This document shows, one piece after another, positions 1-13,400 of a stretch of DNA of 64,000 bases; position 1 is the first letter of the stretch, and each line of letters begins with the position of its first letter. Source of the stretch: Octopus bimaculoides (Eukaryota); NCBI RefSeq assembly GCF_001194135.2, contig NC_068981.1, positions 169,310,605-169,374,604 of the forward strand, written 5' to 3'. The notes below the pieces were generated by a model, which saw nothing but the letters and a program-made list of their open reading frames with translations, searched no databases and had not been told where the DNA came from. Position numbers and translations under genes: made by a program.

Positions 1-470
1 ATACCAATAAAGACATTTTCATTGTCTCCTTTGATGTAATAAAACTTTACACTACGATCCACATCAATATGGGCTGGAAGCCACTAAATTCTGGCTAGAA
101 AAATACCCCAATGAGGTCCCGAAAAGAATAAAAAAAGAATTCATCATCGAAGGCCTTAAGTTTATCCCCCCAAAAAACATTTTGAATTTTAATAATAACA
201 CCTACAGACAGGTATCAGGGACTTCAATGAGTACTAAAGTTACCTCTGCATACCTGGTGATGGCCTACCTAGAATTACAAATTTATGAGGAATCCAAATC
301 TAAATACGGCCTGTCTTCCCATAAATACCTGTTGGAGAATTGGAAACTCTACTTGGATGATTGCCTCATCTTATGCTCCCACACACTCGACCAACTCATT
401 GATTTCAAAAACTTAATCAACAGGGTCAACAACCATATAAATTTAATAGTCTTATTCAAAAATACTGACC
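1..470 (+). mobile_element. Penelope-like retroelement reverse transcriptase fragment (frameshifted; runs off the window start; 3' end lost)
   Basis: Manual translation with one frameshift near nt 59 gives IVSFDVIKLYTT-IPHQYGLEATKFWL...FNNNTYRQVSGTSMSTK..AYLVMAYLE...WKLYLDDCLIL. This matches the PLE RT motifs FDV.SLYT.IPH, Y.Q..G.AMG and RY(L/I)DD. Confidence 0.8.
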
Positions 471-1264
471 ACAACTCAACATACTCTAACATACCGCACC
501 CCAGGTACACACTCAAAACAAACACACACAAAAACACATACATATGTGCAAAATCACACACGCATAAAAACAATGAAAAACCTCCCACGCAAACACACAT
601 ACCTACACACACACGCACAAACACAATATCCCCACACTAGAGCACAAAGCCACACACATTTCAAGAATAAACGCATATATATATATATACACTTGCAATA
701 CGATTCTAGCAACCATAACCAACACTCACACACACATACACACATACGTAAACACGTACATGCACACACCTACATATACCACCCTGACAATCACAAATCA
801 CATTCACACAAACACACCCACACATACACAGATACACACACAAACGCGCAAATACAACCCCCCCACACACACACGCATATATGCTCACATATGTACACNN
901 NNNNNNNNCCACACACACACGCATATATGCTCACATATGTACACACACACACACACAAATACAATACGCCTGTTCCCCAGTAAAAAATCGCACATACACT
1001 CAAAAAGAAAAAAAAACACATATACACAATACAATCCCAACAATCACAACAAACACTCACATACATACGTACACAAAAGCATGCACATATACAATGACAT
1101 ACACCTCCCTGATAAATACACGATATAGACACATTCACACAAATACACCCACACGTATACACACACACTGCACTAACAATACACACAAAGCAAATCACTC
1201 ACAAATACAGCACAAACACACACATGTACACCCCCACGGAAAACTACATAAACCATGCCTACAT

Positions 1265-1348
<84 letters not shown>

Positions 1349-1995
1349 GCGCATACCCAGTACCAACGTGCACAGAACGTACACGCACACACATAGACAC
1401 CACCCGGATAAACCCAAGGCACACGGACACACACAAAACCCCTGATAAATACAACACACTCACACACATACACACCCATACATACCGACACACACACATA
1501 CCGACACACACATACATTTGCACCCTCACACATACGGTAGCGTACACACACACACACACCACCAGGACAATTATAACAACATAAACATACTCAGACGGAG
1601 ACACACACACACACACACACACACTCACGTACACTCACACTCACGTACACACACACGCACGTACACGCATATAACATCCCCACCAACACAAAGACAATCA
1701 TACACACGCACTCACACAGACGCACACATACACACACGCGAACAAACAATACACACATGCGCACACACAATTCCCAGATAAATGCTATTCACACACATAC
1801 ACACACCACCNNNNNNNNNNCCCAGATAAATGCTATTCACACACATACACACACCACCAAACAATTATAACAACACATACATACTCAGACAGAGACACAC
1901 ACACACACTCACGTGCTCACACATAACATCCCCACCAAAGCAAAACACACAAACATACACACGCACACACAGACGCACACATACACACATAAATG
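471..1995. repeat. Strand-biased A/C-rich low-complexity tract with (CA)n core (~1270-1346) and internal degenerate duplications
   Basis: Almost entirely ACAC/ATAC-type words. Blocks ~1560-1740 and ~1858-1990 are clearly duplicated (caattataacaac...catactcagac.gagacacac...ataacatccccacca). Confidence 0.85.
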
Positions 1996-2857
1996 TGTAT
2001 ATTTACATGTGCTTGTATGTATATTCGATATCGGATTAGGAATGCTCATGACACCGATGTATGAATATACTCTCGACCGAGGAGGAAAATTAAGTATTGA
2101 ACTACCCATCGATGATCGTATATCAACTATTGTATATTATCCACAACGACATCTTCTCTCGGCACTGTTTATGTAACTTTCGACAAACGTTAGCAGAATA
2201 AACGGGTGTGTTCAACTGGAGATCAAGGTTTATCAATCCCATCTGTTCGACTTACCAATCAATGAATCGTATGAAAGGTCTCTGTTCTTGAATATAATAT
2301 CAGATATGCAACACCCCTTTCAAGTTAAGCTCATATTACATTGATTTACAGCATCATTATACCCGGTTGTGTGTGACCAACATATTTTCAGTTATATACA
2401 TGTATATTTTTATACAAATACCATAAAATTTGAAGTCGAGTATTATAGGAATAGGAGTTTCTTGTCAATTTCCAGTGCATTAAGCAACGAGAAATCTTAC
2501 GGAAAGATTATCACTCCGCTTTTGTTGCTGCTCTTACTTTTCCCAGGTCATCCTTGATCGAATAGGCCTATAATAAAATGCAGCCCGTTCACATTGATCC
2601 CGGATTCTTGTAGATATATCACTCCTAGGAATGACTACATTGTACAATGTATCATTGACTTTGTAAAACGGCTAGGTGTGATTTGAGGGAGAATTGGGTG
2701 TTAATTCGTGCAGGTCGAATATGTCAGGTGTATGCTTTGAAGTCCACTCATTGGCTCACCAGTTATATCTTGCTGGTCGAGCGATCGAGTTGACTAGTTA
2801 CCAACTCCTATTAACTCTACATGTGCATATCATTAGTGAACCACGTACTCTGTACAC

Positions 2858-2995
2858 ACATGGCCTGATGTTCAGAGTTTTGGGCTCATGACCGCAAGAG
2901 CGCGTATTCAGTGTGTTCAAGTGCGATACAATTCAATCCACGTTGTTCTAGCTTACTGAGCTCTAATGACTACAAGCCCAGTGCTGTTGAAGCCG
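2858..2995 (+). mobile_element. Degenerate SINE family C head (tRNA-like)
   Basis: atggcctgatgttcagagttttgggctcatgaccgcaag...caagtgcgatacaattcaatccacgttgttctagcttactgagct resembles the heads at 48948, 58538 and 36790-36975 (minus). Confidence 0.4.
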
Positions 2996-4334
2996 TATTT
3001 CCCTCCTACTGTCACTTTTTAGATGTTCCGGTCGGTCAAAGGTGGTGGAAGTCATGAGGTTGGCTATGCCTGTTCACGACTTCATAAGCAGCTCGAACAA
3101 AGCATGGTACATGGGTTTGCTAATTGCTTAAGGACTGCCTGAATTTGTATGTACTATAGTTTTCTGCAAAATATAATTCACTATTCACTGGAATATTGAT
3201 TAACTAGAATACTGAGTGAAGATAAACCACAATTCATAAAATCTAAAGCCTCCTAATATCTGTCAAATCTGTTTGGGTAAACTTCTGATTGAAATGCAAG
3301 GTAGGGTAGATTTTCCTAAGAGAATACTAGCTCTACCTTCTGTTGAAAATGTGCTCTGAGCAAAAACGTGCTCTGAGTATTACAATTACATATAATTTTT
3401 CGTTTCCTCGTTTTAAATTGTAGTCTCGATTTTATTCCCAAGGAGCCATTTTAATCTATTTGACAAACTAGACAAGTATGCAGCAATAAACACAATGGAA
3501 ACGTCACTCTTATAATTTAAACTTTCGAAAATCTTCAGATTGTGTTGTTACGCTCCCATTAGAAATCAATCATCGATTTTTTTTTACATGTGAATTTAAA
3601 ATCATGAAGCATAATTCGTCTCTCCCTCTATAACGTTTAGGTGGCGAGACATTATTTTTTCAATGTTCACTGCCCATTGACCCCTCTCTTTCTTCATATC
3701 TCTTTTTTCTCTCGCCTCCTTCCCCCTCACTCTCTCTCCCGTTTTGGCGTGTCGAAATATGAAAGCCTATTGAAGTAAAATTGACTGCAATACTTGTTCG
3801 GTTTTACTTTGTTTCTCTTCGCATTATATCGATGCATAATTATTATGACACTATAAAATATGCGATGTGCTAACATTTTCAAATTTATACCTTCTCTGTA
3901 TTTTATATCATTTCCAACCTTTCCTCTCCTATTCTTTGCTCTTCCTAGTAACCACAACAATTTTTTTAAAAATGAGGTGTTTACGACAAATTCTTTCCTC
4001 TCTTGAAATAATAATCCAGATGAGAATATTTCTCCCTCACTGTCTGCCTGTCAGTCTGTCTGTGTCTCGCCTCTATAGGATAGGATGCTAATTCAACTGA
4101 AGTTAACTTTCTAAGAACAAAGCTGTACCTAATCTGCAAATGAGAAAAAATCGGATTAAGCATAATGAGATGTCTTGCTCTCAATCTAATATAAGAGCAG
4201 CATCTGATGTATAATCATCTACTTAGTCGAAATGAAGTTGTATATAATTAAGATATCGGCAAAATTGTAATGAAGCAGGCATGGGTGTAAGGTTAAAAAG
4301 ATTGCATTAAAATCACATGATTTTTGAGTTCAAT

Positions 4335-4800
4335 ACTATTGAGAGGCGCCTTATGCAATTGAATTCTACTATAACTCCGGGCCGACAAATGCCTTGTGTT
4401 CGAATTCGGTTGAGAGAAATTGTATGGAAATCCGTCGCATACGCACACGTACACTCATATATACACGCACGCAAACACACATACACATAATAAAATAAAA
4501 AATATGTCGTAAAATATAATTGGGTACTTGAAAAGATATGCACCAGGTAGGGTGTGCTGTAATGAGCTGACAATTATTCATCGTCTGTTATTATTCATTT
4601 GATTATATATATGGGTGAGTCTGTGTTTGTGTTTGTCTCCCTCGACCGCTTGACAACCAGGTTTGATTTGTATACGATACCATTCCTTAGCATCTCGGCA
4701 AGTTACTCGGAGTAAGTACAAGGCTTAAAAATAAGTACTGGGATGATTTGTACCACTAAATACTTGAAGGCGGTGCTTCAGCATAGCTGCAGTCCAACTA
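4335..4800 (+). mobile_element. Degenerate SINE family A copy
   Basis: Carries the family landmarks ctactata..ccgggccgac, cgcttgacaacc and aaggcggtgcttcagcatagctgcagtc, which recur in at least 8 copies in this window. Confidence 0.7.
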
Positions 4801-5648
4801 AACGATAAAAGATATGTAACAGACTGAAATTAATATAAATGCTTAAAATGACGTATACAAAACTGACGCTTATGAAAGAGACACATACAATACGTATATA
4901 AAACGGACATACGACATTGACGTATAGGAAAACAGGCATATAAAAAAAATAACACCGACAGATGTATACAATTATAATATAGACAGTAACAGTTAATAGA
5001 AGAAATATCACTCATTGAGAAAGATTACTTGTTCATAAAGGGGGAATTGATGAAGCATTAACAGGAGAAATTACCAGTGGAAAAAAATTATAAAAAATGA
5101 AAAAAATAAGAACAGGCGATAAGAATGAAGAAAGAGGAAAAAAAAAACAGCTTTAGATTTTCAAAGTAATATTAGCATAGTAATAGTAAATGAAAAAAGT
5201 AGCTCTAGCGAAATGCGGTCGGTGGTAATATCAGAATTATTGGTGGTGGTGGTTAAAGAGTAAAAGGTTCAACGATAATAAGGGGTGAGTGAGAAAAGAC
5301 CACAAGAACTTAATGAGAGTAGCTACAAGAATAATAGCGGTAGAAGCAGAAACGACATCAACCTCAGCAACACTAGTAGTAGTAGTGGTGGTGGTGGTGG
5401 TGGTGGTGATGATGATGTGGTGGTGGTAGTAAATAAAGGAAGAGAGGAGAAGGGAGAAAGGAAATGAACAAAAAGAAGATTAAAGCGAGTAAATTAATTC
5501 CAACAGTGTAATTCTTCCATAGCAAGTAATTTCAATGAGCCACTAGTTTAGCTTGCCAAATGTTCGTGCCTGTTAAAAAGGTCAGTATGTTATTTCGATA
5601 ATGCAGGTTATATTAATTAATAAACGCTGTTTACCAAGGTCATTCAGA

Positions 5649-5699
<51 letters not shown>
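5649..5699. repeat. (TAT)n microsatellite
   Basis: Directly visible perfect trinucleotide run. Confidence 0.95.
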
Positions 5700-8600
5700 G
5701 TGTTGTTTGTGATTGCAATTTGTCGGACTTGCCAATTTCATTCCCAGACTTCCATGGTCGATTTTGGTCTGTTGAGTCATATTTCTTGTTTATATTTTTA
5801 TACCCTTAGTGATCTGGCTCAGACGATAATACGCCACACGACAAATTGGAAGCTCCTGCGGTTCGGTTCATCGCTATTATTGTATAGTTTTCAAAGCTAG
5901 ACGAATTAACATACTTAGGCACAGCGAAGAGGTTATAAAATTAGCATGCTTCATTCATTTAATGCCTTTAACCAGGTAAGGTAACTTTTTTATGGGATCC
6001 GAGACAGGAGGAGGAAGAAGGGTGGATGCTATCTTCAGACCGGACACCTAATCGAAATGTATGCAATAGAGTGAAGATCGCTAAAAAGTAACCAAGTGAA
6101 TGTGGTGATGTTAGACCCGCCTTTCCGTCCTACATTCGTTACCCACATGGAACTTACAAAGCACTTGGATTGAACCTGAGATTACTGGATTCCAAAGTTT
6201 ACTAAATTCGACGAATATTTTAAAAGAGGAAAGGTTATATGTAGTTCTAGATATCTAAACAAAAGACAGAATGTTAACGGCTGGATGCCTTTCATTAGGA
6301 GTTTGCTTGGTTGGGTTTGTAACTGCAACCAATAACCTTTTGACTTTGTTTAGCCTCAAGACAAACATAATAGAACAGACCTATTATAAATGGTATTCCG
6401 ACTGTGAACATCTTGCAATTCTATTCTTTTTTTTTCAGTCTGTGTACTACAGTATTCATTGTGTGCTTTATTGCAGCTAGAACGACGATGTAGAAAATCC
6501 TTCGATTGTTCGATTTATAATTGTATCGATATACTTGTACTCTATAACATTGTTCCATATCAAATATATATTAATGATGCCCTACAATGAGTTAATTGTT
6601 GTAAACTCCGTGTCGTGCTTTATCTCAACCTCGTGTGGACAAAGGAACAAACGCACATAAACATACGTAGTTGTGAAGACAACAGACATACAACCACAAC
6701 CATAAAATGTACTTAAATTAACTGTATAAGACCTAAAAGCAGCGATAAAATTGTAATATGTTAAAGTGATTGTTTGTTTTATTAGTATGAACAAAGGCAA
6801 ATACATTATAGGACAGCAGCAAATTTGCCAAAATTAGGAAACACAATCCTGCATAACTAATAGTTAAATTAAAAAGATTAATTATTGTAGCAAACGTACA
6901 AATAAGATCACCATAATATAAATATTTGGGACAGTAATGCTTCACAGTGGAATAACCTCCTTCGAACATATAATCTTTTAAATGAACATACAAACACATA
7001 GGGTGAATAAACAACAAGACAGAATAATAAAGATGCATACACAGGAGAGATATATGGTACGCTCACCAGAGGAATTCCAACGAATTTTACTAGAAGTTGT
7101 TATTTTTCAGTATGGAAGTAGAAATTCTCCTTATGTTTGTTATAACTATGTAGGCATAATATTATAAGGTGTATACGCATCTAACAATAAAAGAAACAAA
7201 TCTGGCTATAAATATCTTGAGAAAATTCCTCTTGGGTTGCGCACTTGAGATTCCCTTCTGTTGCTCACAAGTTATTCTATACACCAAAATAGAGAAAATA
7301 GCCATGGGCTCATTTATCAAACTTTAACGTGCTGTGAAACAGGCGTTGAAAATCATGTTATTTATCAACATAATCATTTCACATACGCACTCGAAGGCTT
7401 AGTAGATTTGAAGATGATTTCAAAAGTAATTGTATCCTCAAAATTAGAATGCACCATCGCTAGTTCAAGCTTAAATTAAGACCACGCACCAAACATTCTC
7501 AGATATGAATGTAGAGGAAACGGAGGAATGGAACAAGTCATTAAGTTTCTCTCTATATGGAAAACGAAACCCAATGCTTATGCAGGGGATACGTTACGTA
7601 TAACATGACTGTTGCCGAATAGTTTCAGAAATAGACATTTAATTTTTCATCTATAAAGAGGTTGTTGACTGAAGAAATAGATTAAAAACATTTTAATAAG
7701 GATGCACAATCTCATTAATTACAGTAGAATATAATAAGAGCAAATTCCTCCACACATATACAACCACCAGTAAAATACTCAGAAACCAAATATGCGGCAT
7801 ACTACGTGAGCAAAATCCTTCTAGTAAGAGATTGAATATCTGCGTAATTTTAAAAAAAGTAATCGTGCAAAAGAACACAGCATGTATAATATGTAACCAC
7901 AAATAAACAGTTAAGTATGTTATAAGCGCCATAATTATAAACCTCCTCATCAGTATGAAACTATTTATTTACTTTATACAGAAACTACTAAAGACAACCA
8001 ATGTATTATACAGTATTTTATTGTAAACATTAAAAAGAATGTAAATTTCATGATTCCAGCTCTTATGTGAAGTAAACATGTAAGGCACTTTCTCGCCCTT
8101 TTGACTATGCATTTACTATGAGAAAACATTATAACATGAGAAAACAAACAGAAGAAAGAAATTAGTTGATTACACTAACATCATAAGACGCTTACATAAA
8201 ACTAGACGATTAGCTATAAAATGTTTACTAATAGGAAAATATAAATGAGAAAATAACATATAGATAAAACATGTGAATAAAACCCCACGGAGTTAGTGGT
8301 TAAGCTACATTAAACCCAGAGATGCTGGTCGAAGTAAATGACAGTATTTAAATTAGTATTTTAAAACTTGTACGTTTTTTTAACCCGTTGAATCTCAATT
8401 ATGTTGAAGTGTCAACTTTTTCATCATTACGACGGCAATCGAAATGCACCTATTGGTGTCTCAGATTAAAAACAAGGTACTCCAATAAAGGTTATTGTTA
8501 TTATTTTTGATGAAACTCTTTCACAGGGTAAACTAAATGAACGCATTGTATTGGTTTAGCAATATAGACAATACTAGTAATGTATTTTTTTGCTTTCTCA

Positions 8601-10603
8601 CACACACACACATTCCTGCAACCACACAGTCGTACGAGCATACGAAGTCACAACAAGCGCACATAGATATTCGTGTGGCTTACACGTACACATGCAGTCA
8701 CTTTTTCCTCCCTATCGAACCACTTTACGATAATTGGCAGAGCTAAAAGTATTAATAGACTCAGCATTAATTGGCAGACGAAAACATCATTGCACAGCAG
8801 TCTATATTTGTATTATAGTCTTACACCTCATATTTTCTCTACGGATCAAGTATGTTTCTTTTGTCTCATTTATTTTAATATCTTGTAAAAGACCAGCTTG
8901 CCCAAATTTCTAAATCGATATTCACTAAACATCTGATCAGAAAGAATAAATGGGTATATTACATATATTATCTATATAAAATGTCTAGCTATTTATGTTC
9001 TTGCTATGATGAATAGTAACTTTATTGCTATTAAAGAAGTTTGGGCTTCTTTTCAAACTATCTCTTTTTACTCCACACACACACACACACACACGCACGC
9101 GCACGCACGCACACACACACACACAAACACACACACACATTAGAAAAAAGTGAATGGACGTGAATGTTAGGAGGAAGTCGTTCCGTTTTTTAGTGAGCAT
9201 GTAGGACTTTAGATCTTCTCGACGGCTTTCGTTTGTCTCGATTACATAACTGTAGTAAACTGATAACCGAAAATAAAATATATACGGAAATAAATGCTAT
9301 ATAGTAGATTGTACGTTAAAAATACATGAAATGGGTTAATGAGTTCCTTTCAATATCAGTGACTGAAACACCAAACACATCCTATGTGCAGTATTTACTG
9401 CAGCCTAGGCTGTGTGGCTAAGTAGCTAAGTGTGGGTAATATCTTTAAACATCGGTTTCTACTTGAAAAGATACAAGACTAGTGGGGAAAACAAACAGGC
9501 TGAATAGCGTATAAAAACCTCATGTAGCATTTACTTCTTTTTTACGTGCTTAGTTCTAATACTGCCGAGGTTTAATTTTAAGCATCTATAGAATGAAGTG
9601 AGATTGGTTTAATGAAAACAAATTTGTGTAACTTTCTATTCATGAATCTATTTATATACATATTTTCATCGATACTCTATCTATCTATCTATCTATCTAT
9701 CTATTGGAAGCTATCCCGTCTGACGCTTTCACCAATCCACTGGGCTGTTCTTTTATTTATCGACCTCGAAAGTATTAAAGGTAACGGTGACCACAATTGG
9801 ATTTGAACTTGGAACACCGAGAATCGAAACATTCATTGTAAGCGATTCTACCCAACGCTAAAGTCCCTCAGCCAGTTTTCTGACTTTTGATATACGATAT
9901 ATNNNNNNNNNNNNNNNNNNNNNNNNNNNNNNNNNNNNNNNNNNNNNNNNNNNNNNNNNNNNNNNNNNNNNNNNNNNNNNNNNNNNNNNNNNNNNNNNNN
10001 NNNNNNNNNNNNNNNNNNNNNNNNNNNNNNNNNNNNNNNNNNNNNNNNNNNNNNNNNNNNNNNNNNNNNNNNNNNNNNNNNNNNNNNNNNNNNNNNNNNN
10101 NNNNNNNNNNNNNNNNNNNNNNNNNNNNNNNNNNNNNNNNNNNNNNNNNNNNNNNNNNNNNNNNNNNNNNNNNNNNNNNNNNNNNNNNNNNNNNNNNNNN
10201 NNNNNNNNNNNNNNNNNNNNNNNNNNNNNNNNNNNNNNNNNNNNNNNNNATGATATATATATATGATATATGATATATATATATATATATATATATATCA
10301 TATACCCTAACTGTTGCTTCAAAAGACACCAAATAGCAAGAGTGCCATTTAAATATATACATGTAGATTTCTTGTACATATTTTACCACTGATCTCTTAG
10401 TATTTCGGTATGGGACCGGTTTGGGGCCATATGCTGCAGACTATTCTATAAATATGATAATTTAAGTAAGCATTTTGAAAATAATATGTCACGGTGAATC
10501 AAACCCCTCTAATTTACATTGAATCCGACTTGAATCTAATTCACATTGGAAAGTCTAAAAATTCTCACAAGGACAAACACCTCTCAGATGGATTTATGGA
10601 CTG

Positions 10604-10634
<31 letters not shown>

Positions 10635-10641
10635 CATACAT

Positions 10642-10962
10642 AACAGAGAAGAGAAACTGCGTATAGTTGTGGAAATTAGTGGCTCAGCGGATGTTGACAT
10701 AAAGCTGAAGATCAGGGAAAAAGAGAATACCTACGCTAAGCTATTGAGAAATCTGCAGTTACTCTACCCAGATTAAAAGTTCATGTTAATACCTGTAATT
10801 ATTGGGACGCTGGGATATGTAACACACTGCCTAAACGCTAATCTAGAGAAATTAGGCTCCCCAAAACCAGAAAGGAGACAGCTGATTCAAAGACTACAGA
10901 TCCAATCCTTCACTGGAACTGTAAAAATCAATCTGTAAAACTTTCCAGAAGCTCATCAATTA
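10642..10962 (+). mobile_element. R4/Dong-like non-LTR retrotransposon C-terminus (restriction-like endonuclease domain), degenerate
   Basis: Translates to REEKLRIVVEISGSADVDIKLKIREKENTYAKLLRNLQLLYPD*KFMLIPVIIGTLGYV...LQIQSFTGTVKI. This fits the RLE PD-(D/E)xK region: E...P.D....K..EK...Y..L ... IP.IIG.LG ... LQ....GT.KI. Starts immediately after a (TACA)n tract. Confidence 0.75.
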
Positions 10963-11037
10963 AATATATATGAGCATGTCTAGATATGCAAGTATATGCA
11001 TGAGAAAATATGTATAAAACAAAACACAAAATCTGCA

Positions 11038-11052
11038 CGTATACATACATAC

Positions 11053-11083
<31 letters not shown>

Positions 11084-11130
11084 CATACATACATGAATGC
11101 ATGCATGCATGCATACATACATACATACAT
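11038..11130. repeat. (TACA)n/(TGCA)n tetranucleotide microsatellite
   Basis: Directly visible. Similar tracts at 10606-10641, 12207-12256, 48147-48203 and 58415-58532. Confidence 0.9.
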
Positions 11131-11287
11131 AAATACCCTGTTGTTGATGTTAAAATTCCAATGAAAGAGACTTGCGTCTAGGTTAGAAACCGGCTCTTTC
11201 TCTATTGGCAAGAAATCTTGAAATAAAACCGAATAATGACAAGCATACATACATACATACATAGACAGGAAGATACATTTATATATA

Positions 11288-11327
<40 letters not shown>

Positions 11328-13289
11328 CACATGTGTATATGTGAATGTGTTTGTCTAAGAAACCAATAAGTTGAATGGAGATTAAAATTTGATTTGCCTG
11401 CGAATATCTTTCCTGATCATATCAGTCCGTTGAGAAATGTCAATGTCAGTGATATTATTTTACTGGAACTAGGATGGAATGTCATTGACTTTATTTCAAG
11501 GTTTAATTTAATCGGCAGTAGAAGGACAAAACATATCGTCACATTTAATCACAAAGCTTCACGTCCTAACCTGAAAAAACTATCTGGAGTTAATTTTTCC
11601 TTTCATTTCTCCGAGATTGATAAAATGAATATTAGCATCATACTTAACTAAATTAGTCGAACACCATTCACTAAGTTTGTTTCTTTGTGTCAAACGTAAA
11701 AATAACAACTGTGAGAATCAGTGGCTGTGAGAATCAGTATACAGCCAGGAATGTTTAGCTACTTAGTCTTATGTTTTGAATAAAAATCCTGCCGGAGTCA
11801 AGTTTTCCTTTCATCTACCTGTGATTCATAAAATAGTATTCAAGTAGAGGCGTTAATTTAATCGATTATTATCTCCTCAAATTATACAACTAATTTGTTA
11901 TTTTTTTAGTTTAAGACCATTGGATCAGTTAATTCTACCTATTTTATCATGAACGATGTACACTAGCTACTTGGACTAGCTTTCGATTTAATATAATACA
12001 CAAAACAATTAGTGCATGTTGGTGTACAGAAACTAGGCTTCGGGTCAACCGAAACTGCATTCTGCTTTCGAATTCTGGCGAAAGCATGTATTCCATTTTA
12101 CTTGTTCTACCACAAAGCTTGAAAAATGCAAAAATGTAGCAACTCTATTTTCTTGTAATAAAGAAATTATTACATAATAATGCCTATGTATCATCTAAAT
12201 GTACACACATACATACATACATACATACATACATACATACATACATACATACATACGTGATTACACTTTTCTCTGTTATGTTTTGTTACATCTCTTCTGC
12301 AGAGAATAAATATTGATCAGGGAGATCTGCTTGGCCTGATATATTAGCTAGTGTCGGATTCAGGAATTTCTACTATTGACAAATTCTTAGCAGAACCGAC
12401 AGAGCATTAATCACTTAGTGACGGAACAAACAAATTGTTTCCTACTCTAATATTTTTATGTACGGGAAATTATGTAGCAGTTTTGCTTGAGCGGCGTTGC
12501 GTTCTTGTAAATTAATATTTATCTCGAAAACATTAATCATAGCTATCTACTCATGGAAATAACGTTGTTGAATGACTTCTTTAATTATCCCGAAGTCATT
12601 GAGTACGGCATAGCATATTTATTACGCTACTGATGAACGTTCTGTTTAAAGAAGACCGTTATTTAAGTAAAAACTCAGTTCATTTAAACTTGAGTGTCAA
12701 AGACAGTATTTTCCATATTCCGTCATCTTTATTGCGATATTTCACTCTCAAATGTAGACAATTCTCATTGGGTTGATTGGATTACTTGTACATTAGCATA
12801 AGTAGAAGGATGTGTTTCATAACGATGTGAGCAGTAGAGGAAGGACCATGTGATTAACGAATGTTTAGTGAGTTATTTATGAAAGGAGAATGCTTTAGTG
12901 CAACATGTATCGGAGTATCAGAGCAAGTGCCTTAATTTGAATACGCTCACTAATGTACTTATAAGTTACATATCTATGAATGTTTATTGTTGCTATAAAG
13001 GACATCTTCCCGTAATCAGCTAAACATTATTTGTTTCTAATGAATCTATCAGCGATCTGACAACCATCTTGCTTTGAATGGTTCACGTAATTAAGGAAAT
13101 TAAAATTTAAAAAATGAAGTGCTAGTCAAATGATGAGGTTTACTTGTTTCCATTTTCTATGAAAATATCTCTAGGAGGAAACTATGAAAAAATACTTCCC
13201 AGAGTATAAAATCAAAGATTTTTTTTTTTTGTTAAAGAGTAAATGTGAATATAATTTTCAAACATGAGAATAAGGACCAAATCGATGTT

Positions 13290-13400
13290 AAAAGTAGCCA
13301 AAACTCTGTTACTGACTTCCGTGTGCCGGATGCGCCTTTATTTTCTAAAAACTGCGGTTGTTGGTCGATTGCCAATCTACAAACCATCGAGCTATATTTC
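13290..13400. promoter_or_regulatory. Possible promoter-like CpG-containing patch (ETS-type ACTTCCG/CGGAAGT and CCAAT box)
   Basis: gacttccgtgtgccggatgcgcc at ~13315-13337 and gccaatc at ~13371, in locally CpG-richer, non-repetitive sequence. Motif evidence only. Confidence 0.2.

Noticed and set aside
860-960. Near-perfect direct repeats on both sides of 10-N gaps (also 1772-1858)
   Set aside because: Identical sequence flanking a placeholder gap is the typical signature of unmerged overlapping contig ends, i.e. an assembly artefact.
349-1781. His/Thr- and Cys/Val-rich ORFs (also 30169-30461, 49408-49797, 61475-61978)
   Set aside because: They are translations of (CA)n/(TG)n/(TA)n microsatellites.
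6582-7950. Hydrophobic minus-strand ORFs (6582-6806, 6733-7038, 7693-7950) resembling membrane-protein or chemoreceptor fragments
   Set aside because: No family motif was found, the frames do not join, and the intervening sequence is closed. T-rich strands give hydrophobic translations by composition.
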